Assembly (NCBI RefSeq): GCF_037042905.1
Contig: NC_087251.1
Span: 4,094,001-4,158,000 of the forward strand
Direction: 5' to 3'
DNA length: 64,000 bases
From: Lytechinus pictus
Taxonomy: Eukaryota
The translations under genes and the position numbers were made by a program. Below are positions 12,158 to 26,642 of the stretch, piece after piece (position 1 is the first letter of the stretch; each line of letters begins with the position of its first letter). Under the pieces are notes generated by a model. It was not told the DNA's origin and ran no database searches. It worked only from the letters and a program-made list of their open reading frames with translations.

Positions 12158-14233
12158 ACACTTGACTACTCTTCGTTTGTTTAGATTGAACTCGCGAGGT
12201 CAAAAGGTGAGCTGAGAAACCTGTTGATGCGAAGTACGTACGTGTAGTCTACATTGTGTAGACCGTGATAGCATGAATGTGACCAACGTACGCATCAAGT
12301 TGCTAATTTCTGTTATTTCTGTTGCCGAGGTTTTTACCTGACTGCTAAGAAAGCACGAATGCCTGTGAGCAAGCAACCAGGGGACCAACGGCTCAAGGTC
12401 GAACAAGCAGAGTAAAGGCGTCATGAGTCAAAAAATGAGGGGGGCAGACATGACGTCAGGGACAAGATTTCTGGGAAAACTCTTATTTTTGCATCCACAC
12501 AAGAAAGCTTGCATCGAGATATGGAAAAATGAGAAGTTGAGTATTGCGCGGTGCACGTGCTTCAGAGTTGTGATTTCCAGGGCCGACCAGCATGTAGAGT
12601 CTTACAACAGAACTTTACAAGGCACGCCGTGGGGCAAAGTGCAACAACGTATGTGAAAGAAGACTAAGCAAACCTGGAGAAGCAGCAAGGTGCAACATGT
12701 ACAAGGGAATTGTGCATGTACATTACGTCTGCTTTGAAATGTGTACATGGGTCGCCAAGTTTTTATGTAGTATGGGGAGGGGGTGGGGGTAGCCTATAAT
12801 GATATAGTAGGGCGCTTTATACTTTATACAATCATGGACCTATTAGGTCCATGCTATAATCAAACCATCAGCACGACCGGTGGATGGATGACTGAAAGAA
12901 TGGATGGATAGGCATATATAAATGGATCATCCAATTGATGTATTTTCCCAAGAAATGGATGGTCAAAGAGAAATGGATACAAATGATGCAGCAATAGATA
13001 GGGGCACCCCATGGGAGATCAACTTGCTACCCCTTCATAGACAGTAAACAAGTAGAAAGAATTGATAAAAAGATGAAATTTTATAGCAACAAATGAGAGG
13101 AAGAAAGGCCTCCGGGAAAGGCCTATACGCATACAGAGTGTGCACGAGCAGTTCAACCGTTGAAAAAATGTGAATGACTGCGACATGAGCAGGACAAAGA
13201 CATTACTTGCATCCGGGACTTGCATCTTGATTGGCATAACATTTTAGACTTATTTATCAATGGAATTGTAACTTCCATTTCCCTGCTATAACTATAGGAA
13301 AAACGAATGATAACTGTTGTTTTATAGACGTGGAAATTTATGCTTCATATTAGGACCAAAGAGATTCTGGCGTACGTGTCAATATTTCAAAACTCATGCG
13401 GGAAAATAATATAATCATTTTTTATGATTGAAAAAAAAGTGCCAAGTTCACACTGTCACGATTTTTTTTTTGGTGGCGGTGCTGAGGAAAATTTGACAAA
13501 GCAAAAGAAAAACATTAAAAAAGGTTCCAATACAAAATGTTGGTAATTTTCCTACATTTATCCAATTCGACACCTATACCAGAATTCCAGGGGGAGCTGC
13601 CTACATGGAAAATAATGCACGCCGCACCCCATTGTAAAATCTTGGGGGTGCTTTGCACCCCCGGTTCCAAGGGCCTTAATTATAATCGCGGAATAATTAA
13701 TCGTATCAGATCAGTCGAGGCGATCGTATTGATCGTATAAATAGTTGGAATGGTTCAACTATGTGGTGATGTGGCTTTTTTTGCAGGATTTTTTTGCATT
13801 TATTGGAATAATATACAAAACAAATTTACAATGCTTGAGACATGATCATAATACAAGTGACAATCGTATATGTAGTGACTGGAGAAATACAATATATAAA
13901 AAAATATATATATACTGAGTAAAATGCATAGGCAAACTATATACAGTAAGCAAATATGTACTTGAAGCATATAGCAGCCAAAATAAAAATGAAATTTCGA
14001 AACGAGACAAAAATAAAATTGTTATTTTGGGGCAAGCCCCATCTGGCGAGGTTTAATGGGTATACGCTTTTTCTGATCATGGACCCTGATGTACTTAATT
14101 TATGATGATGTAATTAATGCACATGTGCTGCCGATGAAAATATAATATTTTGCCTTTATGGGTTTTTTACAACTCCAGGGGGATCAATGAGAATACAGTA
14201 ATAGTTCTGAATACGCACTGAGAGAAGTGAAGG

Positions 14234-14772
14234 CCAGGGGGGGGGGGGCACTTCCATTGACGAGTGGATACCATGCGCGACCATGGGGTCTCGAAAAGCA
14301 CCCAAACACGTATTTTCCATATTCTCAAACTGCACCCCTTAACAAGTATTGGCGTCTCAAACCGACCCTTAACAAGTATTGGAAACAAAACGATACTCTT
14401 GGCAAGTATTCCCGAAATGAACCCCTAAACAAGTACAGCGATATTTTATTGTTATGTCGGGTCCGTCGGTCGTTGGTTTTACCTTTACACATCATTATTT
14501 TGGTTTAGTACGGCCCCATGCACCTTCCACAACTCGCGCAAGTCGGACTCTAAACACGTAGTGTTGGGGCAAAAAGGACATCCTTTATAAAACATTTTAA
14601 TTTTGTTTCATCATCCCCGAAAATATTACCCTAAACACGTAGCTTTCCTAGCAACATAGATACCCTTTTTTAAATATTTTTGTGTTTTTGACAAAAAGAC
14701 ATCCTTTTTACATTTTTTTGGGGTCGCGCATGGTATCCACTCGTCAATGTAAGTGCCCCCCCCCCCCCCCGG
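14234..14772. mobile_element. MITE with poly-G/poly-C TIRs and 8-bp TSD
   Basis: CC(A/G)G(n)CACTT(C/A)CATTGACGAGTGGATACCATGCGCGACC inverted at both ends; TSD AGTGAAGG (14226-14233, 14773-14780). Confidence 0.85.
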
Positions 14773-16251
14773 AGTGAAGGCAAAGCGGTCATGGAGCATG
14801 CAAGCAAACGAGTAATTATAATTCCTTGAATAGTCATACCATAATAAAGTTGGAGAGGATAATATTGAAATAAATAGAAAAATAACATTAAAAAATGCGA
14901 ACATAAGGAATACACACAACCCCCAACCCAAGGCTAGGAATTGTGTAAACATCGAAAAATAGAGAAAGATGTTAGGAACCTTGCTTGAACTATTGGCGTA
15001 AATAATAAACGTAAAATATATGAATTAAGGGGCCAGATATATGTGTCGGGCACAAATCATTTTTTATCGGTGATAGATTTTGACATAATATTCAGATATT
15101 AGTTCCCCTTCTCGCTTTCTTTTTGTATTGGCCGTGACAAATTTGGGAATCCATATAGCCCCAATCCTTCCCCATTATTTTGAACGCCACTGATTTCAAC
15201 TGGATATCGTCAAAAAATATTGATTGATTGATTTTATTTCGCAAGTCACCATAATATATATACAGTAGCATTAAAAACAACAGGCTTACACAGGATGACC
15301 CACGAAAGCTCTAAAGCTATTTTCCAGTGGGGAAATAGGCTTTACCTTGTAAATAAATATTACCTTGGAAATAAGCTTTACCTTGTAAATAAATATTTAC
15401 AAGGTAGTCAAACTGACAGCAGATGCAGCGTGTAAACACAGTATGAATTTCATTACATGATAATAATAAAATGATAATTACGTAATGTCATGGGTGGTGA
15501 AACAAGGATGGGACGTTTTGTAATTCGCTACGCAGGCATTTTATAGTAAAGCTGATGAAATACAGGGTTGAAAGTAAAATAATGAGAAAGACTGAAATGA
15601 AACGATCTATTCAAAATATAAATTCCATGAAAGAGAAGCGATTCAAACAGAGTATGATATTGCGTTTACATTCCCTTTGATTCATATTATTTTGATTCCC
15701 TTTAAACAATCTACTTCTTTCTTTATTTCTTCTCTCTCCTCCATGCCCCCCTTCCCTTTCTTGGGGCGGCGGGGATGGGGGGGGGGGTATCGGATATGAG
15801 AAAGCCTGCAGTTTAGGTGTTATGGCACACTCGGACAAGTTCAATTTAGTGGCCTAGTAGGTCCATTGGTAAATTGGTAAAGTCGTCGACTGCCAAGTGC
15901 CAACTTGCACTCACCACATGGTCTGATTTAATTTAGTCCATATCCATTCCGTCCATCAATATTTCGTCGAACAACTATTTGGTCCAGTATCCAATTCATT
16001 TTCATTCATTTTGCACAATAGCACGTTGTCCAATTAGACCAAATGGTATATGGACTGAATGGCTATTGGACCAACTGGTTACTAGACGATAGTGGATGAA
16101 CATAATTATGGTAGACTTTAATGATAGTAGGCGAGTTGGCAATTTGACGATTTGGCATCAGACGAAATGGAAGTAAACTGATCCATGGACTTATATAGTA
16201 TCACACCGGTATAGATAAAGAGGTACAACAGTGGAAACGATGCCCGACGGA

Positions 16252-17943
16252 CATGCGCATATCCAGGATTTTGCACCACGAGGGGGTCACTATTTTTGCG
16301 CCCCTGTGAACTTTTCGGAAAATTGCACCCCGACCCGACCACTCAGGCAATCAAAGTGCCTAAATGCATTTTGAATTGTCTTATTCCACAACCACGTGAA
16401 AAAGGCAATCGAAGACCATTTTTTTTTAATGTGTCCATAGTGTGTCCATGTAAAAAAAGATCAAAGTTGTATCCACTTCTTGAAAAGAATAAATGCGACC
16501 AGAAAGCATAGAATTTTTAAGCGTTTTGGGGTTTCAATTTAGTTCAACTTTTCATCAGAGTGGTAGACCATACTAAAATTATGTGCGGGAGCTGTAATTT
16601 CTTAACCGGGGCTAGATCCAGCTTTCGCCAATAGGGGAGGGGGATATTTTCATCTGTTTTCCGATCAAACATTCTACGCTTTTTGCAACCGTGAACATGA
16701 TATGTATATGAATTATTTAAACAATTATTATTGATACGAGCGCGAAACGTGAGCTGAATTTTTTTTATATTCTGACCTAAAATTTGAGGGGAAAAAAATC
16801 TATGAGCACTTTTGGCAATCAAGAACAGGATGAGTATCTATCAACATTTTATGCGATCACGAAGTGCGAACTGACAATTTTTGAATTCCCAATCCAACAC
16901 TGGACATCATAAGCACTTTTTATAACCATGAACAGGATGGGTATATAGCTAAATAATTAATGCGAGCGCTAAGCGCGAGGTTAAATTTTTTGATATTCTG
17001 ACCTCGTAAATTTGTGCGAGTGCGAAGCGCGAGCTTAAAAAGTGATTGATATTTTGACCTAAAATGTGGACATTCTAAGCACTTTTGGTAATCATGAACA
17101 GGATTGTCATCTAACTAAACATTGATGCGTCCGCAAAGAGCGAGATGAAATTTTTTTCATATTCTTACCTAAAATTTGGACATTTGAGTAAGCATTTTCG
17201 GTTATCATGAAAAGGATGATCAGTAACAAAACAGTTTATGCGAGCACGAAGCGCGAGCTGAATAAAAATCTATATATTTTGATACAAAGTCAGACATTCT
17301 AAGCACTTATCTTACCATGAACAGGATCGCCACCTTACTAAACAATTAATGCGAAGAGTAGGATGAATTTGTTTTTATATTCTGATCTAAAATTAGGACT
17401 TTCTAGGCACTTTTGGTAATCATGAACATGATTGGTAATTGATGGGAGCAAACATGAGTTTGGCACCCCCTCCCCTCCCTAGGTAAATTGAACCTGAATT
17501 TGATGCACCGAGACAAATATCAAATTGGCGTGTGGTGAATATCCATTCGGCACCCCCTAGGTTGAACATCAATTCGGCGCCCCTATATGTCAAACAGCAA
17601 CTCGACAACCGTATATAGGAAAAATAATTATTCGGCGCCCCATCCCCAAGGTTAAACATCATTTCGGTGCCCCTATGTCGAGCATCTATACGGCGCCCCG
17701 AGGTAAAACATTAATTCGCCCCGCCCCCCCCTAGGATGAAGATCAATTTGGCACATCCTAGGTCGAACATCAATTCGGCGCCCCTAAGCAAAACATAAAT
17801 TCGGCACCCGCTATATACATACTCTAGGTTGAACATCAATTCGGCGCATCCACCCCCCCCCCCCCATGTCAAACAGCAATTCGTCAACCCCTTTTCTTTC
17901 CTTCCCTTTTCTCCCTATTTTGGCGCCCCCGAATACGCGCATG
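16252..17943. mobile_element. hAT-like non-autonomous element with internal tandem repeat arrays
   Basis: Termini CATGCGCATATCC / GAATACGCGCATG. Internal GCGAGCGCGAAGCGCGAGC-core repeats (16730-17420) and ~30-bp AACATCAATTCGGCGCCCC repeats (17450-17890). No clear TSD. Confidence 0.5.
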
Positions 17944-18200
17944 GTAGAGCTACGGATATAGAGAAATAAGGACAAAGATGTAATGAAAATATAAAAACTC
18001 TTGAAATACTTTACGTTTTCTAGGCAAACAAGAATCCAAACTCCAAAGCGTATAATAACGTCCGGCTGAATAGACCTCCATTTGCATCCTGTTTGATATG
18101 CTTTCCTGTAAGTTCCATTGTGGGCAAAATAAAGGGCAAAAGTAAGTCTGCTTTCTTTGAGAGGGTGTAAATGATGATATATTCAAATACCAGCGAGTGC

Positions 18201-19187
18201 CATAGGTGACGGAATCATAGGCGACGGAACGTATTTTCATTTTTTTTTTTTTTTTTTTTTTTTGGGGGGGGGACAAAGCGAAAAAAGGCACTTATATGCA
18301 AAAAATTGCATTTTTTATGCAAACTTATATTTTCACCATGAGATTATCATCTGTGTTAAGTAGTTGTGCGTTTTGTAGTAATTAAATTGAGCAAAACCTT
18401 TTTAAAGTCTTTTCTGATTGATAAAATATCTATTTAGGCTTTATTTTTCCGGGAGCGAGCGTAGCAAGCAAGCAGTTTGAACATTTTCAAATCTGAAGTT
18501 GTGAAACTCGCCGCTTTTTGGTCAAATCGCGCAAATTATTGTTAAAAGAGCATTCTTGCGAGGTGTTAAGAGCGCAAATCGCGAGCTATAAATTCTAGAC
18601 ATTGCTTGTACTAACATGACTAATAAGACATGAAAATCAAACATTCCGAGCAATTTTGTTATGAAAAAGATGTGCATCTAATTGAAGAATGGACGCGAGC
18701 GCGATATTCCAACCAGAAAACTGGACATTCTAAGCACTTTTTTAACCCAAGAACTTAATTGTGTGTCTTAATAAATAATAATTCATGCGAAGCGGCGAGC
18801 CGAAAATTTGTAATATTTCAACCTGAAAACTGGATATTCTAAGCAGTTTGAAACCAAGAACATAATGTGTAACTTTGATGCGAGCGGAAAGCGCGAGCTG
18901 AAGATTTGTGACATTTAAACCTGAAAATTGAACATTATAAGCACAAGTTGTAACCAAAACAAAGTGAGTGCCTTCCTAAAAAATAAATGATGTGGGCGCG
19001 AAGCGCGAGCCAAAAATTTTGTGATTTCCAACCTAAAATGTATCGTTTGACTTCAAAAAGGGTATTTTATTTTGAAAAGGGACATTCATGTACATCATTT
19101 TGAAATAAGTGCACTCTCCATTTAAAAAAGGCATTTTTTATGTAGGGGGTTAAGTGCCCCTGCCGCCCCCCGGTTCCGCCGCCCCTG
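18201..19187. mobile_element. hAT-like non-autonomous element with GCGAGC-core repeats
   Basis: Left CATAGGCGACGGAAC (terminus duplicated at 18201 and 18216), right GTTCCGCCGCCCCTG; same internal repeat unit as the neighbouring element. Confidence 0.5.
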
Positions 19188-19790
19188 CTGCTAATATAGC
19201 CTCGGGTTATAATTTTTATCTAAGTTCAAACTGGTATTAACAAAAATATGTTGGTATGACTGCATTTTATAACGATGGTTTTCTTTAAAATATATATTTT
19301 TTACCATTTCGATCCATCACATTTTTGCATTTTTTTGTCCGTCGATATGCCCAGCGCTGAGAGGTCATGCCAAAACGTGATTTTGCATGAAGTACATTCT
19401 CTGAACCATCATCGGAACTTCGGAATCACACAGAGATGGAAGACCCCTTCCCCCAAATAGTTCCGCCTAGCTGTATGTCCTCGAATATATATATATATAT
19501 TTAATAAGACATCAGAAATGCGAAACACAAATTCACGAGTAATGCAGTTTTTGCAATAAAATTTGCAATTTTATTATATATATATCACCATGATAAGTAC
19601 GTAATCTTATTATCCGAGCACATGCAGCGGACCGAGGAGGAGTGGGTGGAGGGAGAGGCACCTAGGAGACGTCATACTTGTTCTTGTTCAGTATACTACC
19701 ATAACAAGTTGAAAAGAAAAATGCAAAGAGAAACTTGGAGGGGGATCGATGTTACATGGTTATAACATACAGACCTATACGCACCGGTAT

Positions 19791-20511
19791 CATAGGCGGA
19801 TCCAGGAGGCCGACGTTACGCCCCCCCCCCGATATTGGCGGCGCAAAGTAATATGAACGAAAGCAGAGGGGGGGGGCAAAATATAAGAGGAAGAATGAAT
19901 AAAAAAAGGTGAGGGGAATTCAGACTTGGGGAGGGGTGGGAGCCAATCATGTCACTACACATGTATAAAAACAATTTAGCCCGCGCTTTGTGTTCGCATT
20001 GCCTGTTCGATGGAACATCTATTCATCTATACCAATTCATTTATTGATTTATTCATTCAGTCATGGTTAAACAGGTTCACAAGTTCAGAGTTATTAGTAT
20101 ATAAAATTATAGTAACAAGTACAATGACAAGGTATAATTCATATCGAAATAGTATGAGACATAAAGAAATATTAACTGATCAATGTAATACAAAACACGG
20201 AAACATTGTTGAAGGGCTTATAGTAAAACGAACAAGGGAACTAAATAGGCCTTTACTTATTCAAATTTTTGAGCACCTTATCCGTCAGTGTGCATCTTGT
20301 TTAATGATCATATTGCTCAGATCAATATTCAGGACACAATACACAGTCCGAAAATAATACCTCACGCTCGCATTTTTTATAGGGTTTAGTACTGTTACGA
20401 CTATAGATTCCAACAAGAACTAGCTTTGAGCTGCCGATCGATCGGGAAAAATGTGGATGAAAATATTGTTCACCCCGGCCCCGTTATTAGTGAAAGCTGG
20501 ATCCGCCCCAG
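19791..20511. mobile_element. hAT-like MITE
   Basis: CATAGGCGGATCCAG ... CTGGATCCGCCCCAG inverted termini. Confidence 0.5.
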
Positions 20512-21539
20512 AATATATTGTTTAAAAAAAAAGGCATAGGCCACGCGGTATTTGTCATTTTTTAGTGATAAATACATTGAGGCAGTATATTGACAAATAA
20601 TCACTGGAAGAGAAAGAGCATCTTATAGGCCTATATAACGCACAAAGCAAAATAATGAAGAATGGCGGCAAAGCTAGTTCAATACAAAATGATTTCCTTT
20701 TCCTTTAAAAAAAATGTTACAACACGTTATAATAATGAACAAATCAAAATACAGAACCTGAAGAAATTGATAACAATTCAGTGAATCGGAATCGAAACAA
20801 AAATGCGTATGTAAATATAATTATAAAATAGAAATAAAAAACGGGGAAAAAATAAGAATAGCCCTTTCACAAGCAACCATAATTCTCCCTCCCTTCATAC
20901 CCTGGACAAGTAAAGAAAAAAAAATACAGCTAGAGAAACGAAGCAAAGATGAAAAGCAAGGAAAGGGAAGGAAGCCGTCTCTCGGTACCTGGTACTCTGC
21001 CCAGATATCAAGATGTACGTAGGACCTATTCTCCGCGATTTGAAAAACAACGTGCATAACATCACAATTATTATGATGGTCATTTAAAAAAGTTCCTTGG
21101 TTGTTTCCAAGTTATTTAATTTGCCGTCGAGGGACTGCGCGAATGCACACGCTCCTACAGGATATGAATGAAAAAGTCGCAAACAGACTCCGCCGTTCAA
21201 TCCGATACTGTACTGTATAGCCGGTATACAGATCGGCACGTGAGACAAGCGCAGAGGCGATGGATATGAATATTCATGAGCAGGTATTGATGTCATTTGG
21301 TCTCAAGGTGGCGCTCTTCATTTTTTATATCAATTTCAAAATCTGCATCAAAAGAAAGCTCACTTGGCAAAATTTCTCTTCTTTATATATTTTTTTGAGA
21401 ATAAAAACAGTTCTTTTGGCCAATGCAATACATTTTATGGACTCAGAACTTGTTTATGAGTATTTTGAAAAGCGAAGAGTGAAATCTAAAAGAAAGTTTT
21501 GAAATAAACCAATGTCACAATTTACCTTTAACCCCTCAA

Positions 21540-21905
21540 AGTCCCGTTTCGCGCGCGCCAGCTTATTTTTTCTTTCCTGTTCGCTTTTCATAAGATACCA
21601 TGTACACCGTGCACTACGTATGAGAGAGACGGCACGAAGCCGTAAAACAACTGGAAAAAATTCTAATTTCTTTGTTTCTTGAACCTTCCTGTAATCCCGT
21701 ATCCAAAATTCATGCTAAGCCATCGAATGCTAGACAAATTCTGAAAGTGATTGTGAGGTTGTGATGCAAGAAATGTGAAAGACAGACTTTCACAATTTGA
21801 TAAGATGTACTGGTACTCTGGTAGTGGTACCGTATCGAAGTTTGCAATGTACATGTACAAGAACGGCAGTGCTGTGTGTGTGTACACTGTGACTGTGAGG
21901 TGAGT
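21540..21905 (+). promoter_or_regulatory. Candidate promoter and non-coding first exon of the UVR/coiled-coil gene
   Basis: CpG-rich TTTCGCGCGCGCCA (E2F-like) and a consensus donor GAG|GTGAGT at 21899/21900. The ATG exon at 29795 is preceded by an acceptor, so an upstream exon is expected. Confidence 0.3.
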
Positions 21906-22075
21906 GAGTGTGTAAGTGGCCAATATTGTCGGGACCTTTCTTTCTTGCTAACATTTGTAGATGAATTGATAAAGAACAGCAGATTTCCGCATACCGGTAA
22001 TCTCTTTGAATACTTTGAAATCTTTAACTTAGCTTTTGTTTCTTCGTACCTCAAATATGCATGTAAATGTGAGAA

Positions 22076-22116
<41 letters not shown>

Positions 22117-22351
22117 TTGGGGTGCGGTTAATACACCGTTACTTACGGTATATCATAACCTTGTTCATTGAATGAGTGCTTGGCTGGGGCCTGGTCCTGT
22201 CATCACATGCTACTAAGTACTGGGAAAAAACAAAACATTGTTATTAAATCAAAGAAGATACGGCTCTCAAATGTGTCCGAATGTACGTCTGACCTTTATG
22301 GAATGCCCCTACATGCACACTAAGTTGTAGTTAGGCAATGATAGAGGAAGG

Positions 22352-23168
22352 CGGGGTAAGTTAAATTGTGACACTTTTTGCTTTTTGCATGTTAGAATTG
22401 ATATGATTAATAATCTTGTAGAAATAAGTACCTTGCCTTAAAATGTAATTCTTCTGAAATATTTTTCACCTATAAATATAACTTTCTACCCCCACACTGA
22501 AAGTCGATCATTGTCACCTTTAAAAAAAGATCGAGGTGTCAAATGGCTCAACTTGCCCATCTGTGGGGTAAGTTGAGCCACAAAAACTATACCGTACAAA
22601 ATGTATGGGGGAAGAACCAGCATTTTATTCAAAGTCTATTCACTTGCTAATTCTCTATAAATACTAACATCCTCTAAAAGGAAAAGAACAGTCATGTAAA
22701 TTTGCTCCTTTCTGCCTGCAAATCAATGGCTTTTAAAGTTTTTTTTATACATTACCATAACTAAGAATTCCATTGCTCAACTTGCCCCATGTTGGCTGGG
22801 TCAACTTACCCCAATCCAAACTAAGTTAATGCGATATTTTCACATCCACACATTTCTTATGCATCCATCATGTAAAATACTTTGACAAGAATGAGGATCC
22901 ATACCTAGACTAACAACGTTGTTCTTATGCATGTCTTTATATTTAAAGATGTGTGTGCAAAAAACACTTTAAATCTCTTTCACACCCTTTATTTTGACTT
23001 TTTGGGCTTAAATTTGTATTTTTCCCTCTAAAAAATACTTTTTGTTGTTAGGGGTTATGCAATGGGTCATCAATACATGACACCACCACAATGTCTGACT
23101 CATTCATTATTGGCCTGGCTGGGGGTGGTGGCTCAACTTGCCCCCCCCCCCTATGCTCAACTTACTGT
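22352..23168. mobile_element. MITE with repeated GGGGTAAGTTGAGCC / GGCTCAACTTGCCCC motifs
   Basis: The motif occurs in both orientations at both ends and internally. Confidence 0.5.
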
Positions 23169-23287
23169 GCCCGCCTTCCCTTGGCATATACGGCTAAGCA
23201 GAGCAGGCGTGCGAGCTCCCGGCCGGCTGGGACTAGCGGGCGGAGGCTAGCTGCTAGAGAGCGCAGAGCCAACGTTAGACTCTAACT

Positions 23288-23580
23288 TGTAGGATAGGGT
23301 GTCGGGTGTCTGCCGTCCGGACACATTATATTTTTAAAGCTTTCTTTTTTGTCTTTGGATTACACTACATGTATGAATTCAATAGTTGTAATCATCTTCT
23401 ATTTTGTTCTTTATAATATTTCCTAACATTTTGTAGGATGGGGGGTCGGGTGTCCGGACACTTTATATTTTTGAAGCCTTCTTTTTTGTCTTAGGATTAC
23501 ACTAAAAATATGAATTCAATGGAAGTAATCATCTTCTATTTTGTTCTCTATAATATTTCCTAATATTTTGTATGATGGGG
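23288..23580. repeat. Tandem duplication of ~140 bp
   Basis: Two copies of GTAGGAT..GTCGGGTGTC..CCGGACAC..GGATTACACTA..GTAATCATCTTCTATTTTGTTCT. Confidence 0.75.
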
Positions 23581-24209
23581 TGTCCAAACTTCGCGCACTT
23601 TTCAAAAATATTCATCAGGCTTAATTTTGTTCGCAAAATATTCATAATTTATACAAAACCAATTCAAGAAATAGTTACCACATTGACGGCAAGATCGTAA
23701 ACTATAAAATCATGGACGAAAATGTAAAGTAGGTCAAGGGGTTTCGCCGGTATCGCGATCTCAAAATTCTATTCTGATCGGCGAATGCGGGCTGTGCTGG
23801 AAAACCGTTTAGAAAAGTGTGACCTAACTTCGCGCACCAAAGCTTTTGTGGAGATTTAAACAAAAACTCAAGTTCAAAAAGTGAAAAATTAAATCAGATT
23901 GATGGCAAAATGCTATGGAATCGGTTAGTACCACATTTAACTCACATTTTTGATGATTTCTGCTTGCAAAATGGTGATATCGTGATGCTTGTGATTTCTT
24001 CAAAACGGGCGCTAGCGGTGACAAATTTGCCGATCTTTTGCCAATATTTTCATGAATACTGAACTCATCATAAAGAAACTTTCATTATACGGTAATTTTA
24101 GGTCGCTTTTCACGTTGATGATGTCAGATTTTAAGGATATTTGCTAGTTTTTTAGATAAGGACCGTCCGCGAAGTATGGACACGCGCGAAGTTTGGACAC
24201 ACTGCCATA
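23571..24209. mobile_element. MITE (TA-flanked, Tc1/mariner-like)
   Basis: TIR core GTGTCCAAACTTCGCGC / GCGCGAAGTTTGGACAC. Confidence 0.6.
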
Positions 24210-24340
24210 CTAAAAACTGATGAAACTTCGCTTGTAAATTTTTCCAAATGACTTTCTAAAATTGATCGTCCGTACCACACAACCTGTCATGCCTGTCCGG
24301 ACACACAACAACTGGGTATACGTTAGAGCTGAGGATCAAG

Positions 24341-24673
24341 TAACCCAGGGAGCTCCGGCCCGCACAGCGGGCCGGAGCCCAGGGGCTTACCGTGAAAATT
24401 GATTCATAACAAAAATGGCCGATCGAGACGGGGGTAGGAGAGATCTTTTCGTTTTTTTTAAGTTCCAGTCTGTGCCTCGAGGTTCGATGTCAGGAAACTG
24501 CCACTCGTTAGACCTTGTTCATGTTCATCCATATAATCATGGTAAGTGCATAATTTCTGTTTTCACAATTCATTTGGAGAAATATTTAGACCATAAATCA
24601 CGCTAGTCCCGGTCAGATACACGGTAAGCCCCTGGGCTCCGGCGCGCTGCGCGGGCCGGAGACCCCTGGGTTA
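24341..24673. mobile_element. GC-rich-TIR MITE with 9-bp TSD (Mutator-like TSD length)
   Basis: TAACCCAGGG..CTCCGGCCCGC / GCGGGCCGGAG..CCCTGGGTTA, TIR ~55 bp and itself palindromic; TSD AGGATCAAG (24332-24340, 24674-24682). Confidence 0.85.
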
Positions 24674-26642
24674 AGGATCAAGGAGCCACTAACCCAGCCA
24701 GGCCATGGAGCTCCAGCCCGCTGGGTTAACTTAAGGAGCAGCCAGAAATCCGAGCAAAACTGGATATCAATTTCTAAGAGACCACAGATACCATGAATAT
24801 CTTCAATCAATTTTCAGGTACCGGTACCGTAAATTAGTAAAATAGGTCAGTTACCATCTACTTACATAATATAGGCCTAATCGACTTCAGAATTCGAAAA
24901 CTGCGCCAGAAACTCTGCTCTTGCTTGGCTTGTGAAAATTAGTCTACCAAAAGGCACATTTTGTCGAACTTTGAGTCAATGCTGGGGGCCAAGAAATGAG
25001 ATGGGACGTGAGGCCGTGTAAATAAAAAAGGAAATAAAATCACCATTGCCTCGCATGTTGTGTGAGTGGGTCCCGACCATGGTGCAAAGGTGAGCAGTGG
25101 AAAATTGGAAATAAGACTAATTCGCTGATGAAAACCGAAACGTACATTACCCCGCGATCTCCATGTAGGATCTGTATACCTCCAGACCATAGACTCCATG
25201 CCATGGCCTTTCTAAATACTAACTGTTAGTGTTACCAGTAGATCTACAATTGTTGCTGATTGAATGACTCCTCAATCTTCTTCTCTCGGAGTTGGAGTTG
25301 GATAGTCTAGTGCCCAATGGATCTTCATCAACTCACCAGACGTTGATTTCATTCTTCACAAACCATGTGTATGTTATTGTTAGTTGTTACTAGTACTACA
25401 TGTATCTTTTTTACTTATTTTAGGGTGTAAAAAACACGAAAATAATGAAAAAGGCCTATTTCGCCAGGAAAACTATGTGTTTACGGTCCAATTTGCGAGG
25501 GTATAAAAAGATTAAATACTTGAATAAGGATGTACTTTTTGCCCCAATATGTGTATAAAAAACTTTTTAAAGCCAAAGGGTCCGATTTGAGCAAGGTGTG
25601 TTGGGTGGTACAAAACCCAGGGAAAGTAAAGCTAAGGTAAATAAGCCGACGTCCTTAACGGGCCGGGGCTTAACCTAACAGTTAAAGTAGAACTATATTG
25701 AAAATCGTAAAAATGGAGAATCATATATCAAATTAAGGGAGAAAATAAGGAGAACACGATGGTGTAAATCATTTATCATAGAGACCGATGGAACTCAGTT
25801 AATTGATAGTTTAAAGTTCTCTCTCTGAATGCTTCAAACACGCAGAATTACGTCCGCGAAATTGGGGATTTTTTATGACGTCACTTTCTGTACGAGAGGC
25901 GTGATTGGCTCTCCAACGTGAAGCTCCACTTGCATGCAAAACCTGTTGCGAGGGTACGTTTTCTCTACATTGTCACTGAATACTTCGATCCCGAAATGAA
26001 AGAAAACCCAGAAGTTTATCTAGATTTGGATTTTCAAATTGATGATTATGAAGATGAAGAGAATGATGATGAAGTTTCTAGCTCTAGAAAAGCAAAGTGA
26101 CGTGGATAGAGGTATACATTAGGGGAATTACGCCAGTGATTATGAGTCGGATAATTCAACTTGCATGCCGATTCGCTACCAACACATGCAGCTGATAGCT
26201 GCTCCGCGGGTCAAATCCATGAAAATGGATTCCATCACGACCACATCCAGACAGAGTCTCTTTCTTTTATCAACAACATAATGAGAATGAAAATAATGAT
26301 ATAACTGTACTTACAAACAAGTGAATATATCCGAACCTAGCTAGGCTGAAGGTAAATCAACTCAAGGAATAACAGCAGACGATATGCACCGACGATGAAT
26401 TTCACGTGGCTGGGAGATTGTCACTCGTTCTGTTAGATAAAATTTCTATCTCATTATTTTGACTAAATTACGAAACTCGGAGAATAAGTATTCTACATAA
26501 AAATTAAGTAACACCTGGTACTATATTTTTTGAATTACGATAAAACCTTTTTGAAGCAAAGAAAATGAGGTGAATTAAAATTAGATATAAAAGATCATCC
26601 GCCTAGCTCGCATTCGATTGTAAACAATCAGCAAGGCGAGCA

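Noticed and set aside
12833..12854. CATGGACCT-TATT-AGGTCCATG hairpin as a third micro-transposon
   Set aside because: Flanks (TATACAAT / CTATAATC) are not a clean TSD.
25918..26100. Acidic 60-aa ORF within the foldback arm as a transposon gene
   Set aside because: Short, non-ATG start, no catalytic motif; at most a remnant.
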